Assembly (NCBI GenBank): GCA_051294375.1
Contig: CM119270.1
Location: 11,910,416 to 11,974,415, forward strand
Origin: Paraspadella gotoi
Lineage: Eukaryota; Animalia; Chaetognatha
Direction of reading: 5' to 3'
Length of the DNA: 64,000 nt
Positions 25,580-39,250 of the stretch are shown here, piece by piece. Each line of letters starts with the position of its first letter. Positions within the stretch are counted from its first letter, which is position 1. The position numbers and the translations under genes are program-made. The notes beneath the pieces were generated by a model. The model was not told the DNA's origin. It did not search any database and saw nothing but the letters and a program-made list of their open reading frames with translations.

Positions 25580-28500
25580 AAACTACTTGTTTGAATGAAA
25601 ATTAAATTGAATTTAAATTGTATTGACGTGTAATAATTTTTCGTTTCGTTCAAGAGTCAGGGTGGTCTTTTTAACATAGCATTTCTACTACTTTTTCATG
25701 TTTATCATTGATTCGTTGTGGAGATAAAAGTGAAAGACTTCCGGCGATGTTCTTTAACTTAAGACTTCTTCCTGACACAAACATTTTGTTTTTTCCTTGA
25801 AAAGTGGCAAAGTTTGTCTGGGATTATCTCCATAATGGATTTTATTAATATTGAATTGTGTTGTCGCTGGCAACACAAGGCGTATTTTCTCTTTGATTTG
25901 TTCGTATTAATTATAGGAATGGTAATTAATAATAATATATACACACGGAAAGAAATCAAACCACTCCTCCAAGATAAATAATCTGTACCAATCTCCCATC
26001 TCCGCGATGATGCAATTTGTTGACTCGGCCCCGAACCCCAATCTCTCTTTGCCCAATTTCTCTCTGCCCCAATCTCGAGGAGCAGCGAAGGAGCGACTTC
26101 CGATTCAAGAATAATTTGGCTTAAATAAAAACTGACGTCATCCAACTGATCTTTTTTCCTTTTTGGCCGGAAAGAAAAAAGAAAGTGAAGGACGTGAAAA
26201 AGCTCCGGTGATAAAATGCCCCAAATCGAGAGTTCACGCTGTTTTTTTTTCACAGATGGAACGAATTAAATCGAATGTGGGAGATTATTTAACGATCATC
26301 CGAATGTTTTGTTTTTGTTTTTGTTTCCTTAAACACGGAGATGAGAAAACAAAAATTGGTGGTAGAAATTATAATGTAATATTCACCATGAATGCGTGAT
26401 TATTTAGAAGGAAAGAAGCGACCTACTTGGATTGTAGATCGAACGAAAGTTAACTTTTGTGACGTGCGAGTGTTGTGTTTGTGTATATAAAGAGATATTC
26501 TCACTCATCTTCGAAAGAATAAAGAAAATTACTGATAAAAGGTCGCATTGGTTGTTGGTTACTTTTAGGGCCCGTTAGATAAGTAGATTATTGCTTAATA
26601 GATAAATAGTTCGGAACTTATTAATTTCTCTTCGCAAAAACGGACATAAACAAACAACACTTCGACGTTGAACACCGAATTTGAAATAAAGTTAGATAAA
26701 GTTATTTTGGAAAAAAGAGAGAGAAAAAAAATATCTTTTTTTTTCGTATCCAAGTCCGAGAGGAGAAAAGTAAAAAAAAATAAGAGTTGAGCAGTGAAAT
26801 AGATTGATAGCAGATGCCGTTGGTCGAGCACGATGCCCCCTGTGAAAAAATGCGTAACTCGCCGAAAATCAGTATGGGAATTACCACAGCCGCCTCCGAA
26901 GTCCGAAATTCCTTCTGGAAAGAGAAAACTAAAAGACTTGTGAACTTCAGCACTTCTTCACTGCCCCCCAATTTTGCTCCTCCCCCTCTCTCTCGCTTTC
27001 CTTTCTCTCTCTTTGCCCTCTCTTCTCTCCCTCTTTCTCTTCCTACTTCCCTCTTCCCTCCGCTGCGTCCCTCGAGCAAATTCGAGGTAAGTTCGAGGTA
27101 AGTTCTTAAATGAGACGAAAAATAAAGAAAAGAAAGATCGCACCTTCTCGGTGCACACTCCTTTTTGAGTTTTTTGATGAAGGAATTTGTTTTAATTAGT
27201 ACAAATAAAGAATTAATAATTCGGGGCAATATCATTTGAACATTTAAAATGCAGTAAAATATGATTGAGAAATTCTTAAGCACTTGCATTTTGCATTGTG
27301 CACCAGCAGTGTGTGAAACGGTCTGATGGACCACATCTTGGATATTAAACCATCAGATTATGATTTCGGTGCAAAAAATTGCTATTTGGCTCTAAAATAA
27401 AAAAAGTCTGCTGCCCTTTGCAGGTGGTTTTGCCTCTGGGGATGTTGAGGGCTGAAGTAGTAGTGCAGAATCACAGATGCAGGAAAGACAAATCGCAGGT
27501 GCAGCTGCTTGGTGTGTAGCAAAAACGAAATAAGGCGGTTGGATAGCATGTTTTCGCAAAAAGGTTTTATAAACATTTTTCTTTTCTGAATTTTTTTTGC
27601 GAAATTTGTTCTCGATCCGTTTGAAGTCTATAAACTGAACAAATAAGGGTTCCTGTTCGGAATTACTTTCTCTCCTTTAATTTGATTTGACGCAGAAGTT
27701 GAGAATTACGTACTTAGAATAAAAATAGTGTTAGGTTTTACTAGTATTTGTAGTGTAAAAAAACTCTTGTAAAACGAAGATTCAAATTGAAGGATAATAG
27801 TGAACGCCACCAATTGTTTTCACATTACAGTTTTAGATTTGTAAGATGCCGAAAGTATCTAAAATTTGTAAAAGATCATTACGATCTAAAAAAAGTTTAA
27901 TTTAGCATTTTTCGTAGTTTCATGCTATTTTGTAAATTTTATCTCTTGACTTTTGTTTATATTTTGATCGATCTCTTTGATATCTACGCCGTACTGCGCG
28001 TCATCTTCAGCTCAAAACCCTTGGAGAGAAACAAAAACTTTTTCATATAACTTATATTGACTATACAGTATGGAATATGGACTAGTTTGATTTTAACTTC
28101 AATATGTTGTCTGCGTCATCTTGTTTCATTCTTGTTGCTTAATAATGGTTATAACAGAAACGTTTCACGATTTTGATAATATGTCGTCAATTGAGATTAA
28201 TAAAATTTAATTAGCAAATATTATTATTTTTAAAGAAAAGCATTTTATAGCTAATTTTCTTCATAACTTTCTTTCAAAAAATGCGTTTCTTATTTCTTGA
28301 TTTAATGAATTTAATGAATAAAAATTTTAAACTACTAAAAGAATTCGACATCATTAAACATGCAACCACTCGTGAAGGGAAATGAAAGAAATCACTTAAC
28401 TAATAACTCCCTTTTACGTTGTCTTTTATTTGTATTGCATCACACTTTAAAAAATTATTAACAAGATCCCATATTTACCCGCGTTGCCCAACAACGACAT

Positions 28501-29113
28501 CAATCCAATCATAAAAATTAAATTGGTGTCAGAATTTGGAAATTCCCTTTAACAAAATTAAAATATCTTTCAAATAACAATAAAATCCTGGAAAAAAATT
28601 ACAAGAAGCAACCCAAGTTTCTCAAAGCTTTCTTAATAAAGCCAAAAAACGGCTGTATTTGGTAATCGAATTACGAGACGATTACAGTCGTGACTGTGAA
28701 AAGTCCACCCGGTTGATTGAGCCGATGTGAAAAAGTGAGCCGGATGTAATATCACTTTCCAGCCCACATCCGGTGTGACTGACTGACTGACTGACGGTAG
28801 TTAAAAATAGAAACTCAAAATCCGCCACTGGACAAGCGACGTCAGTTTTTCCACGAATATTCTTTCGTTGCTTGCGTCTTTTTTTGTAACTCTTACCGAA
28901 GACCCTTCAAAAGCCACTTCGGACTTATAACGTAGTGATATTTTAAATCCCACAGAAACATCGACGCTTCCAAACTTTTTTTCTCCGACCTTGAAAGTGC
29001 CCTGCCCCCGCCCTGCCCTGCCCCATGCCCCTGCCCCTACCCCTGCCCGTTCGGCCTTCGCACATATATCTTTTTTTATCTCCGTTTTCGACAACAACAA
29101 CAACAAGATCAAC

Positions 29114-30389
29114 ATGTTAACGACGGACTCCATCTTCAACCCGCGGAAGCGGCTCGTCCACGAACTCCTCGCCGACGCCTCCACCGACGAAGACGATGCG
29201 GAGATCCTCCGACTCCTCCAAGCCTTCGTCCGCTCCAACGACGACGACAGCGCACTCTTGACTTTCGCCGCCAACGCGACGTCTGCGGGCGAACGTTGCT
29301 GACGAAGGCGGTGTTGGCCAATCGGAAGAAGATCGTCGACAGACTCTTAGAGACGGTCAGTCTAGAAGGAGTTGAAAAGGGGCGTGACCTTCGCTTCTTG
29401 AGTGTAAGAGGATGCTGTACTTAATGTGAATGCTGTGTTGTTTTAGCTCTTGTTGTTATGAATTTTTGTTGCTCTCTGGATTGACTTATAAATCTTGTAT
29501 CAACTCTTTATATTATTTTCATCTGTTTCCCTCAGAAAGCGAGCTCTTCATCGGCGACGCCCTGACTCACCTGTCGATCGGGCCACTACTTCGTCGCCTC
29601 CGCCATCTTGGAATTCGCTTGCCGCCCGAGGGGAAACTAACAGACAAAAGAGCAACGGTCAGACGGAGGCGATCCAACGACGTTTATATCGGTGGGGATT
29701 TTGTTTAAGTTGATATTTTATAATGGTGAAAGAACATCATTCTAACTTCCTTTCACGCTGTTATCTTTTTGGAAGTTGACACAATATTACTAGTTCGAAC
29801 GAGTCACCGTATAAACAACAAACCTCACTCTTTCAATATTCACTTTTCCTCGAAACGACGACAACCATTCCTATTCCTCGTCTCTTCAGGCGAACCAACT
29901 TCAGCGAGTGGAGTTGCCAAGTGGGAGCTCGTCACCCTGGGTCACAGAGAGTGTCGCGTCAAGAAGATCTGCACCACCGCGGCTGAGGTGTGGTTCCACC
30001 TGTTGGAGGAAGACGACGTCACGGGAAGGGAGCGCCTTCTTCGGCGCGCGAGTCCGTGGCCAACCCCTCATCCACGCCTGTCACGTCGACGACTACGAGA
30101 TGATTCATTTATGCTGCAGTGGGGATTCGTCGTCTTGGATCCGGACAGGTTAGTGAGAGAGGCATTTATATATGGACCAAAGACGACCTGGACAGAGGAC
30201 CATGGATATTAAACGCTTTTTTTACATTTTTCCTCAGATAGTTGATGTCTACAATTCCTTTCATTTTCTCGTCGCTTGGTTGATTGATGTTGATTGGAAT
30301 TGATTGATTGATTGATTGATTGATTGACTTATTGATGATCTTGATTTGATATTATTTATTGATTTATTATTTTTTATTTATTTATTATT

Positions 30390-30421
<32 letters not shown>

Positions 30422-33400
30422 TTATTTTGATATATTATTGATTGATGTTTTTGCTGATTGTATTTGATTTATTTGATGGTTGATTTATTTATTTGATTTA
30501 TTTATTTATTTATTTATTTAATTTATTTATTTACGTCATTTATCCAATGACCACCAAAGGTTTGACCACGACGCCACCTTTCTCGCGGACGACTTGGCCC
30601 TTCTAAAGGCTCTCTGCAGCCCGAGTCTCGTCAACCTGACAGAGACGGAGTCTACCCTTCGCTGCCTCGACCTGGCGGAACGCCTCGCCCCGTCGCCAAA
30701 GTCGACATCGAGTTCGCCGAAGACTACGCCGCTTTGAGCGGTCGTGTCAAGGTTACGCGGAGACGTTGCTCAGGGTGTGCCGCCACGACACGATCCGGAG
30801 GAGCTGGACGCCATCTTGGGAGTTGCTAGGGTTGTGGGGATGGGGATGGTGTGATGGTGGTGGGAAGTGTTATTGAGCGTTTGGGGAATAATTGTGAGAA
30901 TGAGATGAAAGTATAACATATTATATTATATTATATTACTTAAATTAATAAACATCAATCGAACGAAGCATAAATCAAGGCTCTGCTTTACAATCACCAG
31001 AGGCGCTAAAAGCGCTCAGATCCGAAGGGCGTTGAGCGGCGGTCACATCGGATTCTACACTCAAGAAAAATGCTACAGATTTGGAGAATTTGTGCATCGA
31101 GACAGGGGACTTTTATCGCTTCAACGCCACCACGTGTGACGCGTTGGCGCCAGTTCGTCTTCAATTTGGCGTTGTTGCGTGCTCGCCCTTTCTTTTCTTC
31201 GATCACGAGATGAAGAAAGGTGGACTTATAAATCATTTTTAATTCATTCATTTTAATCATTTGTGTATAAAAGATAAATAAATTCATGAATGAATTAATT
31301 ATTTAATTATAAAAATTTATGAATCAAGGAAAGAAAAATTAAGTGAGTGGTATAACTAAAATTTAAGTGTGAAAAAAAAAAATTTGAACCTTATTCTTCA
31401 CTTACCACGCCCTTTTAAAGGCGAAGAGACGCCGGACCAATCTCACCCCCGCGTTCAGCGTCATTCTCCGCCAACACGCGCCCTCCATTCGTGGCGCGAG
31501 AAAATCGCCGCTTGGTGGGAGGACGCGTAGCAGTCCTTAGGTCAAGCTTTCTCACTACCCTTCAGGTTAGCGCAATCTTCTTTGAAGAACTTGCCAAAGA
31601 AGCACCCAATACTTCCGCAAATATAAACGTGACAAACTATCGCAACAGGCGCGGTTGCCTGTGATGCCCATTGGGATGGGGCAATCTCCTGTTGACTTTG
31701 GGGGCTTCCGACCCTCAGTCACGCCTCACGTACTGCGCGATTACCCTAGGGACGGTCTCGCTTTGTTAACGAGAGAAAGTCGTTAGGACTGTGGATGGAC
31801 ACAACGCCTGGGATGGTGTGTGCCCCTCTGAGCCAATGGTACTGGCAGACCGATGGTGGACGTGAGCGTGTGTGAATATACCCCCACACAACAACCTTTA
31901 CAAACATTTCATTTAAGAATAACAACAACCACAACAAGCGTCCATCTCCAGGTTTACTTCATCTTCCTGATCGTGATCTCCTCCGAAGTCTTCAAGGAGA
32001 ACCGGCGCAACATGACTCAATTGCGGTTGCCACTCGACAAGACGAGATTTGGATTTTGGTCTTCGTCCTCGGGGCGACGGTCCATCCTGGCCGAGCACGC
32101 CTCCTTGCAGCGACCTCGCCTTCTTCAAAAACTTTTGGAACGTCTACGGAATATCCAACATCACCTTCTTTCTTCTAGCGTAAATTAAATTAAAAAACTG
32201 ACTATTATTCTCTTTTCGTCTTCCTCTTTTTAATTACATGCAAGTAATTGTTTAAGAGAAGATGAGCGGTCGTTAACCTCTGAAAGAAAAGCGAAAGAAT
32301 GTAAAAACTATATTTACATACATATAAAGCAAATAACAACGATAACTCGGACCCGCTCTTAGATACCCTTCCGTTTTCCTCTCAGTTACGCAATCTGGTT
32401 TTTCGGCTACACTCGCACAACATCTGGTTGGCCATCACCCCCACACACCCGCTGTGGATCCAGGAAAGGATCGTCCAACGAGGTCGACGAGAGCCTTGGC
32501 CTTCAGCATCTTACGTGGAGATGCTGCAGAAGATGAAGAGCGGAGCGCTACAACAGCAGGTTGGATAGAAAGGTTTTTCTGACTTACTAAAATAGAGGAA
32601 TTTAAACAGTAATTTTTAAAGAAATTAATTAAATTAAAATCTTATTTTTTAAATTTTCATGATCTACTTCCGGTTTACGTCTTCAACAGTATCGATCCAC
32701 ACCGTCCCTCCTGCTTTCTCTTTCAACTCCACCACCCCGACTACCCTGGCTTGCCACTCCGCCATCCACTCCAAGATGGGCAGCCGCGTCTACTGGACGG
32801 ACAACGATAACTTCCTCGTCGTCTCGGAGATTTTTTCTTCATGCCTCCGGCACGTGGCCATTCTGGGCAGGCTGTCCCAGCTCTGCCAGATCCACAAGCA
32901 GCTCGGCTCATGCAGTTGATGCTGTTTCAAGACGACGAAACACGTCGCCCTCTTCTTCTTCGTTTTCTTCATGTATATCTCTTTTGCTTCACGGCGGCGA
33001 TTCAGATGATCTACGTTCAACTACAGGGGGATGTGGCAGATCGTGGTGAGGAGAGGTGGTGAAAAATGCGGAAAGCCTAATCAAGAAATCGCCGTGATCT
33101 TTGTTATGAGACACCATGTGAATGTAAAACTTTGCTGAAAAGTGGCTGGTTGTGGATAAATTAAAAGAAAGGCTAAGAATTTATTTGTTGGCAAACTAAA
33201 CTAAAAACAAGCGTCTATTTATAGTTAAGGAGAGAGGATCGGCGACGTGGATAGATTTTACAGTTCCAATGTTCTGGAAGCGGTTCCAGATCGCCCGAGT
33301 CTCCGATCCAATTTGCTTTTGGTGGCAGATACTCCTGCGATGAGAGAAAAAATTAGGAGGAAAATGAAGGAAAATGGGAAAATTATGAAAAACTGTTACA

Positions 33401-33625
33401 AAATCATTTTTCTGTCTTGCATGTGCGTCTCATATCTTATTAACCTTTCTCCCTCGACCCAACAACACTCCAGCTCGATCCCTGACCCGCCTTTCCGTTT
33501 GCCAAGAGATGAGTTCTCACTTTCCGGAATTTCCTCCGGACGCTGCGGGCTTCTTCTTCTGGGATCTCTTTGGTTACGGAGAGACAAACCACGGAGATTT
33601 TTTACCCAACATCCGTCTGCCCAAG
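29114..33625 (+). pseudogene. Mirror copy of the TRPC-like gene 5' part, with many frameshifts (probably an assembly or haplotype duplicate)
   Basis: Same exons as 39250-34577 in reverse orientation, with numerous single-base indels. A further noisy exon-like GC-rich segment follows at ~33893-34138. Confidence 0.7.
31638..31888 (-). mobile_element. Solo LTR of the TRIM family (mirror of 36311-36565)
   Basis: Reverse complement of the 596-849 LTR, with indels. Confidence 0.8.
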
Positions 33626-34576
33626 GTAAAACCCATGGACGGACAGACGGACAGATAATAGGAATAAAGAACGGACCCTAAACGACAGATAAGACTAGAC
33701 ATAATAACGGGACCTAAAGACCTAAAGACCCAGGGACACGACCCCGGACTAAATATAAATTTAAAATTTACTCCCAGTGCCATCAACAAGTTTGTTCTTC
33801 CTTGTATTTATCACTTAACAATACTATTTTTTAATTCATTGAATAGTATTTTATTAATTTTGCTAGGCCATTGTGACATTCGTTTCTTCCAGGCTTTCCG
33901 CTCCGCCCCAGGACGTTTTATCTGACCGGAGACTCCGATGATGGGAGTTCCGGCCACTGCCTCTGCGCCGCCCCGATGGTGACGCGTTGGACGCCTTCGT
34001 AGTATAAATCATTGGTCGGCGGTCGCCGCCTCAACGTTACTCGTCGCGGAGGACGTCAACAACGCCTCTCAACTTTTCGCCGCCCGCGTCGCCGCACATC
34101 CCCGCCGAGGGGTCCCGCTTTCGTTCGTGTTTGAGCATGGTGAGGGGTTGAATGAGATCTCTGTTAATTTGTCTTGATCCCGATTTCGATGGAGATTTAA
34201 ATTAAATTCTTTGCATGTTTATCTGGATTAAAAAATTTACGATGACTTTTTGAGAATAACAGTCAAAAAGCTCAGATGCTAAGTCTATAACAATTGATAT
34301 TTACAAGGTCAAAGTTTGACCATAAAGAGAAGACAAAACAATTGAGGGTAAGGTTGAAGTAAGGTCAATTAGTTTGACCGGGGTTGCGTGTTATGGTTGT
34401 TCGTTCACAACATGATATTTAAGGAAAGACAAACTTGTGATGCCACTGAGTAAATTTTAAATATATATTTAGTCCGGTTGTCTGTCTGCATAAATCTCCA
34501 TCTTTCTCCTAAGTGTCTGTCTCTATGACCTTTCTTTGTCTATTATCTGTCCGTCTGTCCGTCCATTGGTTTTGAC

Positions 34577-37500
34577 CTTGGGCAGACGGATGTTGGGTAA
34601 AAATATCTCCGTGGTTTCGTCGTCTCCGTAACCAAAGAGATCCCAGAAGAGAAGCCCGAGCGTCCGGAGGAATTCCGGAAAGTGAGAACTCATCTCTTGG
34701 CAAACGGGAAGGCGGGTCAAGGGATCGAGCTGGAGTGTTGTTGGGTCGAGGGAGAAGGTTATTAAGATATGAGACGCACATGAAGACAGAAAAATAGATT
34801 TTGTAACGCGTTTTTCATAATTTTTCCATTTTCTTCATTTTCTCCTAATTTTTCTCTCATCGCAGGAGTATCTTGTCACCAAAAGCAAATTGGATCGGAG
34901 ACTCGGGCGATCTGGAACCTGCTTCCAGAATCATTGGAACTGTAAAATCTATCCACGTCGCCGATCCTCTCTCTTAACTATAAATAGACCTAGCTTGTTT
35001 TAGTTTAGTTTGCCAACAAATAAATATCCTAGCCTTTCTTTTAATTTATCCACAACCAGCCACTTTTCACCAAAGTTTTACATTCACATGGTGTCTCATA
35101 ACAAAGATCACGGCGATTTCTTGATTAGCTTTCCGCATTTTTCACCACCTCTCCCTCACCACGATCTGCCACATCCCCCTGTAGTTGACGTAGATCATCT
35201 GAATCGCCGCCGTGAAGCAAAAGAGATACATGAAGAAAACGAAGAAGAAGAGGGCGACGTGTTTCGTCGTCTTGAACAGCATCAACTGCATGAGGCCGAG
35301 CTGCTTGTGGATCTGGCAGAGCTGGGACAGCCTGCCCAGAATGGCCACCGTGCCGAGCATGAAGAAAATCTCCGAGACGACGAGGAAGTTCTCGTTGTCC
35401 GTCCAGTAGACGCGGCTGCCCATCTTGGAGTGGATGGCGGAGTGGCAAGCCAGGGTAGTCGGGGTGGTGGAGTTGAAGAGGAAGCAGGAGGGGACGGTCG
35501 GATCGATACTGTTGAAGACGTAAACCGGAAGTAGGATCATGAAAATTTAAAAAATAAGATTTTAATTTAATTAATTTCTTTAAAAATTACTGTTTAAATT
35601 CTCTATTTTAGTAAGTCAGAAAAACCTTTTCCTATCCAAACCTGCTGTTGTTACGCTCCGTCTTCATCTTCTGCAGCATCTCCACGTAAGATGCTGAAGG
35701 CCAAAGGCTCTCGTCGACCTCGTTGACGATCCTTTTCCTGGATCCACAGCGGGTGTTGGGGGTGATGGCCAACCAGATGTTGTGGCGAGTGTAGCCGAAA
35801 AACCAGATTGCGTAACTGAGGGAAAACGGAAGGGTGATCTAAGAGCGGCGTCGAGTTATCGTGGTATTTGCTTTAAAATATGTATGTAAATATAGTTTTT
35901 CATTCTTCGCTTTTCTTTCAGAGGTTAACGACCGCTCATCTTCTCTTAAACAATTACTTGCATGTAAATTTAAACGAGGAAGACGAAAAGAGAATAATAG
36001 TCAGTTTTTTAATTTAATTTACGCTAGAAGAAAGAAGGTGATGTTGGATATTCCGTAGACGTTCCAAAAGTTTTTGAAGAAGGCGAGTCGCTGCAAGGAG
36101 GCGTGCTCGGCCAGATGGACCGTCGCCCCGAGGACGAAGACCAAAATCCAAATCTCCGTCTTGTCGAGTGGACAACCGAATTGAGTCATGTTGCGCCGGT
36201 TCTCCTTGAAGACTTCGGAGGAGATCACGATCAGGAAGATGAAGTAAACCTGGAGATGGACGCTGTTGTGGTTGTTGTTATTCTTAAATGAATGTTTGTA
36301 AAGGTTGTTGTGTGGGGGTATATTCACACCGCCTCACGTCCACCATCGGTCTGCCAGTACCATTGGCTCAGAGGGGGTACACACCATCCCAGGCGTTGTG
36401 TTCCATCCACAGTCCTAACGACTTTCCTCTGCGTTAACAAAGCGAGACCGTCCTAGGGTAATCGCGCCAGTGACTGGAGGCGTGACTGAGGGTCGGAAGC
36501 CCCCAAAGTCAACAGAGAGATGCCCCATCCCAATGGGCATCACAGGCAACCCGGCTGTTGCGATAGTTGTCACGTTTTATATTTGCGGAAGTATTGAGTG
36601 CTTCTTTGGCAAGTTCTTCAGAAGAAGATTGCGCTAACCTGAAGGTAGTGGAGGAAGCTTGACCTAGGACTGCTACGCGTCCTCCACCAAGCGGCGATTT
36701 TCTCGCGCCACGATGGAGGGCGCGTTGTGGCAGAGATGACGCTGACGCGGGTTGAGATTGTCCGCGTCTCTTCGCCTTTAAAAGGGGCGTGGCAGTGAAG
36801 AATAATGTTCAAATTTTAATTTTTTTCATTCACTTAAATTTTAGTTATACACTCACTTAATTTTTCTTTCCTTGATTCATAAATTTTTATAATTAAATAA
36901 TTCATTCATTCATGAATTTATTTATCTTTTATAACAACAATGATTAAAATGAATGAATTAAAAATGATTTATAGTCCCACCTTTCTTCATCTCGTGATCG
37001 AAGAAAAGAAAGGGCGAGACCGGCAACAACGCCAAATTGAAGACGAACTGCGCCAACGCGTCACACGTGGTGGCGTTGAAGCGATAAAAGTCCCTGTCTC
37101 GATGCCACAATTTCTCCACGAATCTGTAGCATTTTTCTTGAGTGTAGAATCCGATGTGACCGCCGCTCAACGCCCTTCGGATCTGAGCGCTTTTAGCGCC
37201 TCTGGTGATTGTAAAGCAGAGCCTTGATTTATGCTTCGTTCGATTGATGATTTATTAATTTAAGTAATATAATATAATATAATATGTTATACTTTCCTAT
37301 TCTCACAATTATTCCCCGAACGCTCAATAACACTTCCCACCACCATCACACCATCCCCATCCCCACAACCCTAGCAACTCCCAAGATGGCGTCCAGCTCC
37401 TCCGGATCGTCGTGGCGGCACACCCTGAGCAACGTCTCCGCGTAACCTTGACAACGACCGCTCAAAGCGGCGTAGTCTTCGGCGAACTCGATGTCGACTT

Positions 37501-37680
37501 TGGCGACGGCGGCGAGGCGTTCCGCCAGGTCGAGGCAGCGAAGGGTAGACTCCGTCTCTGTCAGGTTGACGAGACTCGGGCTGCAGAGAGCCTTTAGAAG
37601 GGCCAAGTCGTCCGCGAGAAAGGTGGCGTCGTGGTCAAACCTTTGTGGTCATTGATAAATGAAGAAAATAAATAAATAAA

Positions 37681-37752
<72 letters not shown>

Positions 37753-37789
37753 ATCTATTAATCAATCAATCAATCAATAAATATATCAA

Positions 37790-37868
<79 letters not shown>

Positions 37869-37913
37869 ATCTATTAATCAATCAATCAATTAATAAATAT
37901 ATAAATAAATAAC

Positions 37914-38008
<95 letters not shown>

Positions 38009-39250
38009 ATAGATCAATAAATCAAGCAATCAATCAATCAATCAATCAATCATCCATAAATCAATCAAGCAGCCAGCGACGAGAAAATGGAAGAAATTGT
38101 AGACATCAACTATCTGAGGAAAAATGTAAAAAAAGCGTTTTAATATCCATGGTCCTCTGTCCAGTCGTCCATTGGTCCATATATAAATGCCCTCTCTCAC
38201 TAACCTGTCCGGATCCAAGACGACGAATCCCCACTGCAGCAATAAATGAATCATCTCGTAGTCGTCGACGTGACAGGCGTGGATGAGGGGGTTGGCCACG
38301 GACTCGGCGCCGAAGAAGGCGCTCCCTTCCCCCGTGACGTCGTCTTCCTCCAACAAGTGGAACCACACCTCAGCCGCGGTGGTGCAGATCTTCTTGACGC
38401 GACACTCTCTGTGACCCAGGGTGACGAGCTCCACTTGGCAACTCCACTCGCTGAAGGTTGGTTCGCCTGAAGGAGACGAGGAATAGGAATGGGTTGTCGT
38501 CGTTTCGAGGAAAAGGTGATATATTGAAAGTAGAGTGTTTGTTGTTTATTACGGTGACTCGTTCGAACTAGTAACATTTGTCAACTTCCCAAAAGATAAC
38601 AGGCGTGAAAGGAAGTTAGAATGATGTTCTTTCACATTATAAAATATCAACTTAAACAAATCCCCACCGATATAAACGTCGTTGGATCGCCTCCGTCTGA
38701 CCGTTGCTCTTTTGTCTGTTAGTTTCCCTCGGGCGGCAGCGAATTCCAAGATGGCGGAGGCGACGAAGTAGTGGCCCCGATCGACAGCGTGAGTCAGGGC
38801 GTCGCCGATGAAGAGCTCGCCTTTCTGAGGGAAACAGATGAAAATAATATAAAGAGTTGTATCAAGATTTATAAGTCAATCCAGAGAGCATAACAAAATT
38901 CATAACAACAAGAGCTAAAACAACACAGCAATCACATTAAGTACAGCATCCTCTTTCACTCAAGAAGCGAAGGTCACGCCCCCTTTTCAACTCCCCTCTA
39001 GACTGACCGTCTCTAAGAGTCTGTCGACGATCCTCTTCCGATTGGCCAACACCGCCTTCGTCAGCAACGTTCGCCCGCAGACGTCGCGTTTGGCGGCGAA
39101 AGTCAAGAGTGCGCTGTCGTCGTCGTTGGAGCGGACGAAGGCTTGGAGGAGTCGGAGGATCTCCGCATCGTCTTCGTCGGTGGAGGCGTCGGCGAGGAGT
39201 TCGTGGACGAGCCGTTCCGCGGGTGTGAAGATGGAGTCCGTCGTTAACAT
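34577..39250 (-). CDS. TRPC-like transient receptor potential channel (ankyrins through pore helix)
   Basis: Exons: 39250-39008, 38824-38702, 38466-38205, 37640-~37372, ~37202-36981, 36775-36639, 36249-~36023, 35815-35642, 35508-35160, 34939-~34880, 34729-34577. Motifs: GRTLLTKAV and IGDALTHAV (ankyrin); NPLIHACHVDDYEMIHLLLQWG (TRPC ANK4); KALCSPSLV...VDIEFAEDYAALSGRCQGYAETLL; FFKNFWNVY (S2-S3); SEIFF...RLSQLCQIHKQLGLMQ (S4-S5); FLRTLGLLFWDLFGYG (pore helix). A few indels are corrected by the mirror copy. Confidence 0.85.
36311..36565 (+). mobile_element. Solo LTR of the TRIM family in a TRP intron
   Basis: Full-length copy of the 596-849 LTR (TGTGG...GCGATA), flanked by a 4-bp TSD GTTG (36307-36310, 36566-36569). 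Confidence 0.85.
37665..38050. repeat. (TAAA)n/(TCAA)n microsatellite array (degraded mirror at ~30290-30535)
   Basis: Direct reading. Confidence 0.95.

Noticed and set aside
29114-33625. A genuine second TRP gene or evolved pseudogene
   Set aside because: Differences from the other copy are nearly all single-base indels, in introns and exons alike, which fits sequencing error better than evolution. Kept only as a flagged duplicate.
33810-34415. Sequencing hairpin adapter at the palindrome centre
   Set aside because: No recognisable adapter sequence. The spacer is noisy genomic sequence related to 19655-19895.
34860-34940. Apparent non-canonical (GA) splice donor in the TRP gene
   Set aside because: A canonical GT donor works when the mirror copy's bases are used, and indel noise makes any non-canonical call unsafe.
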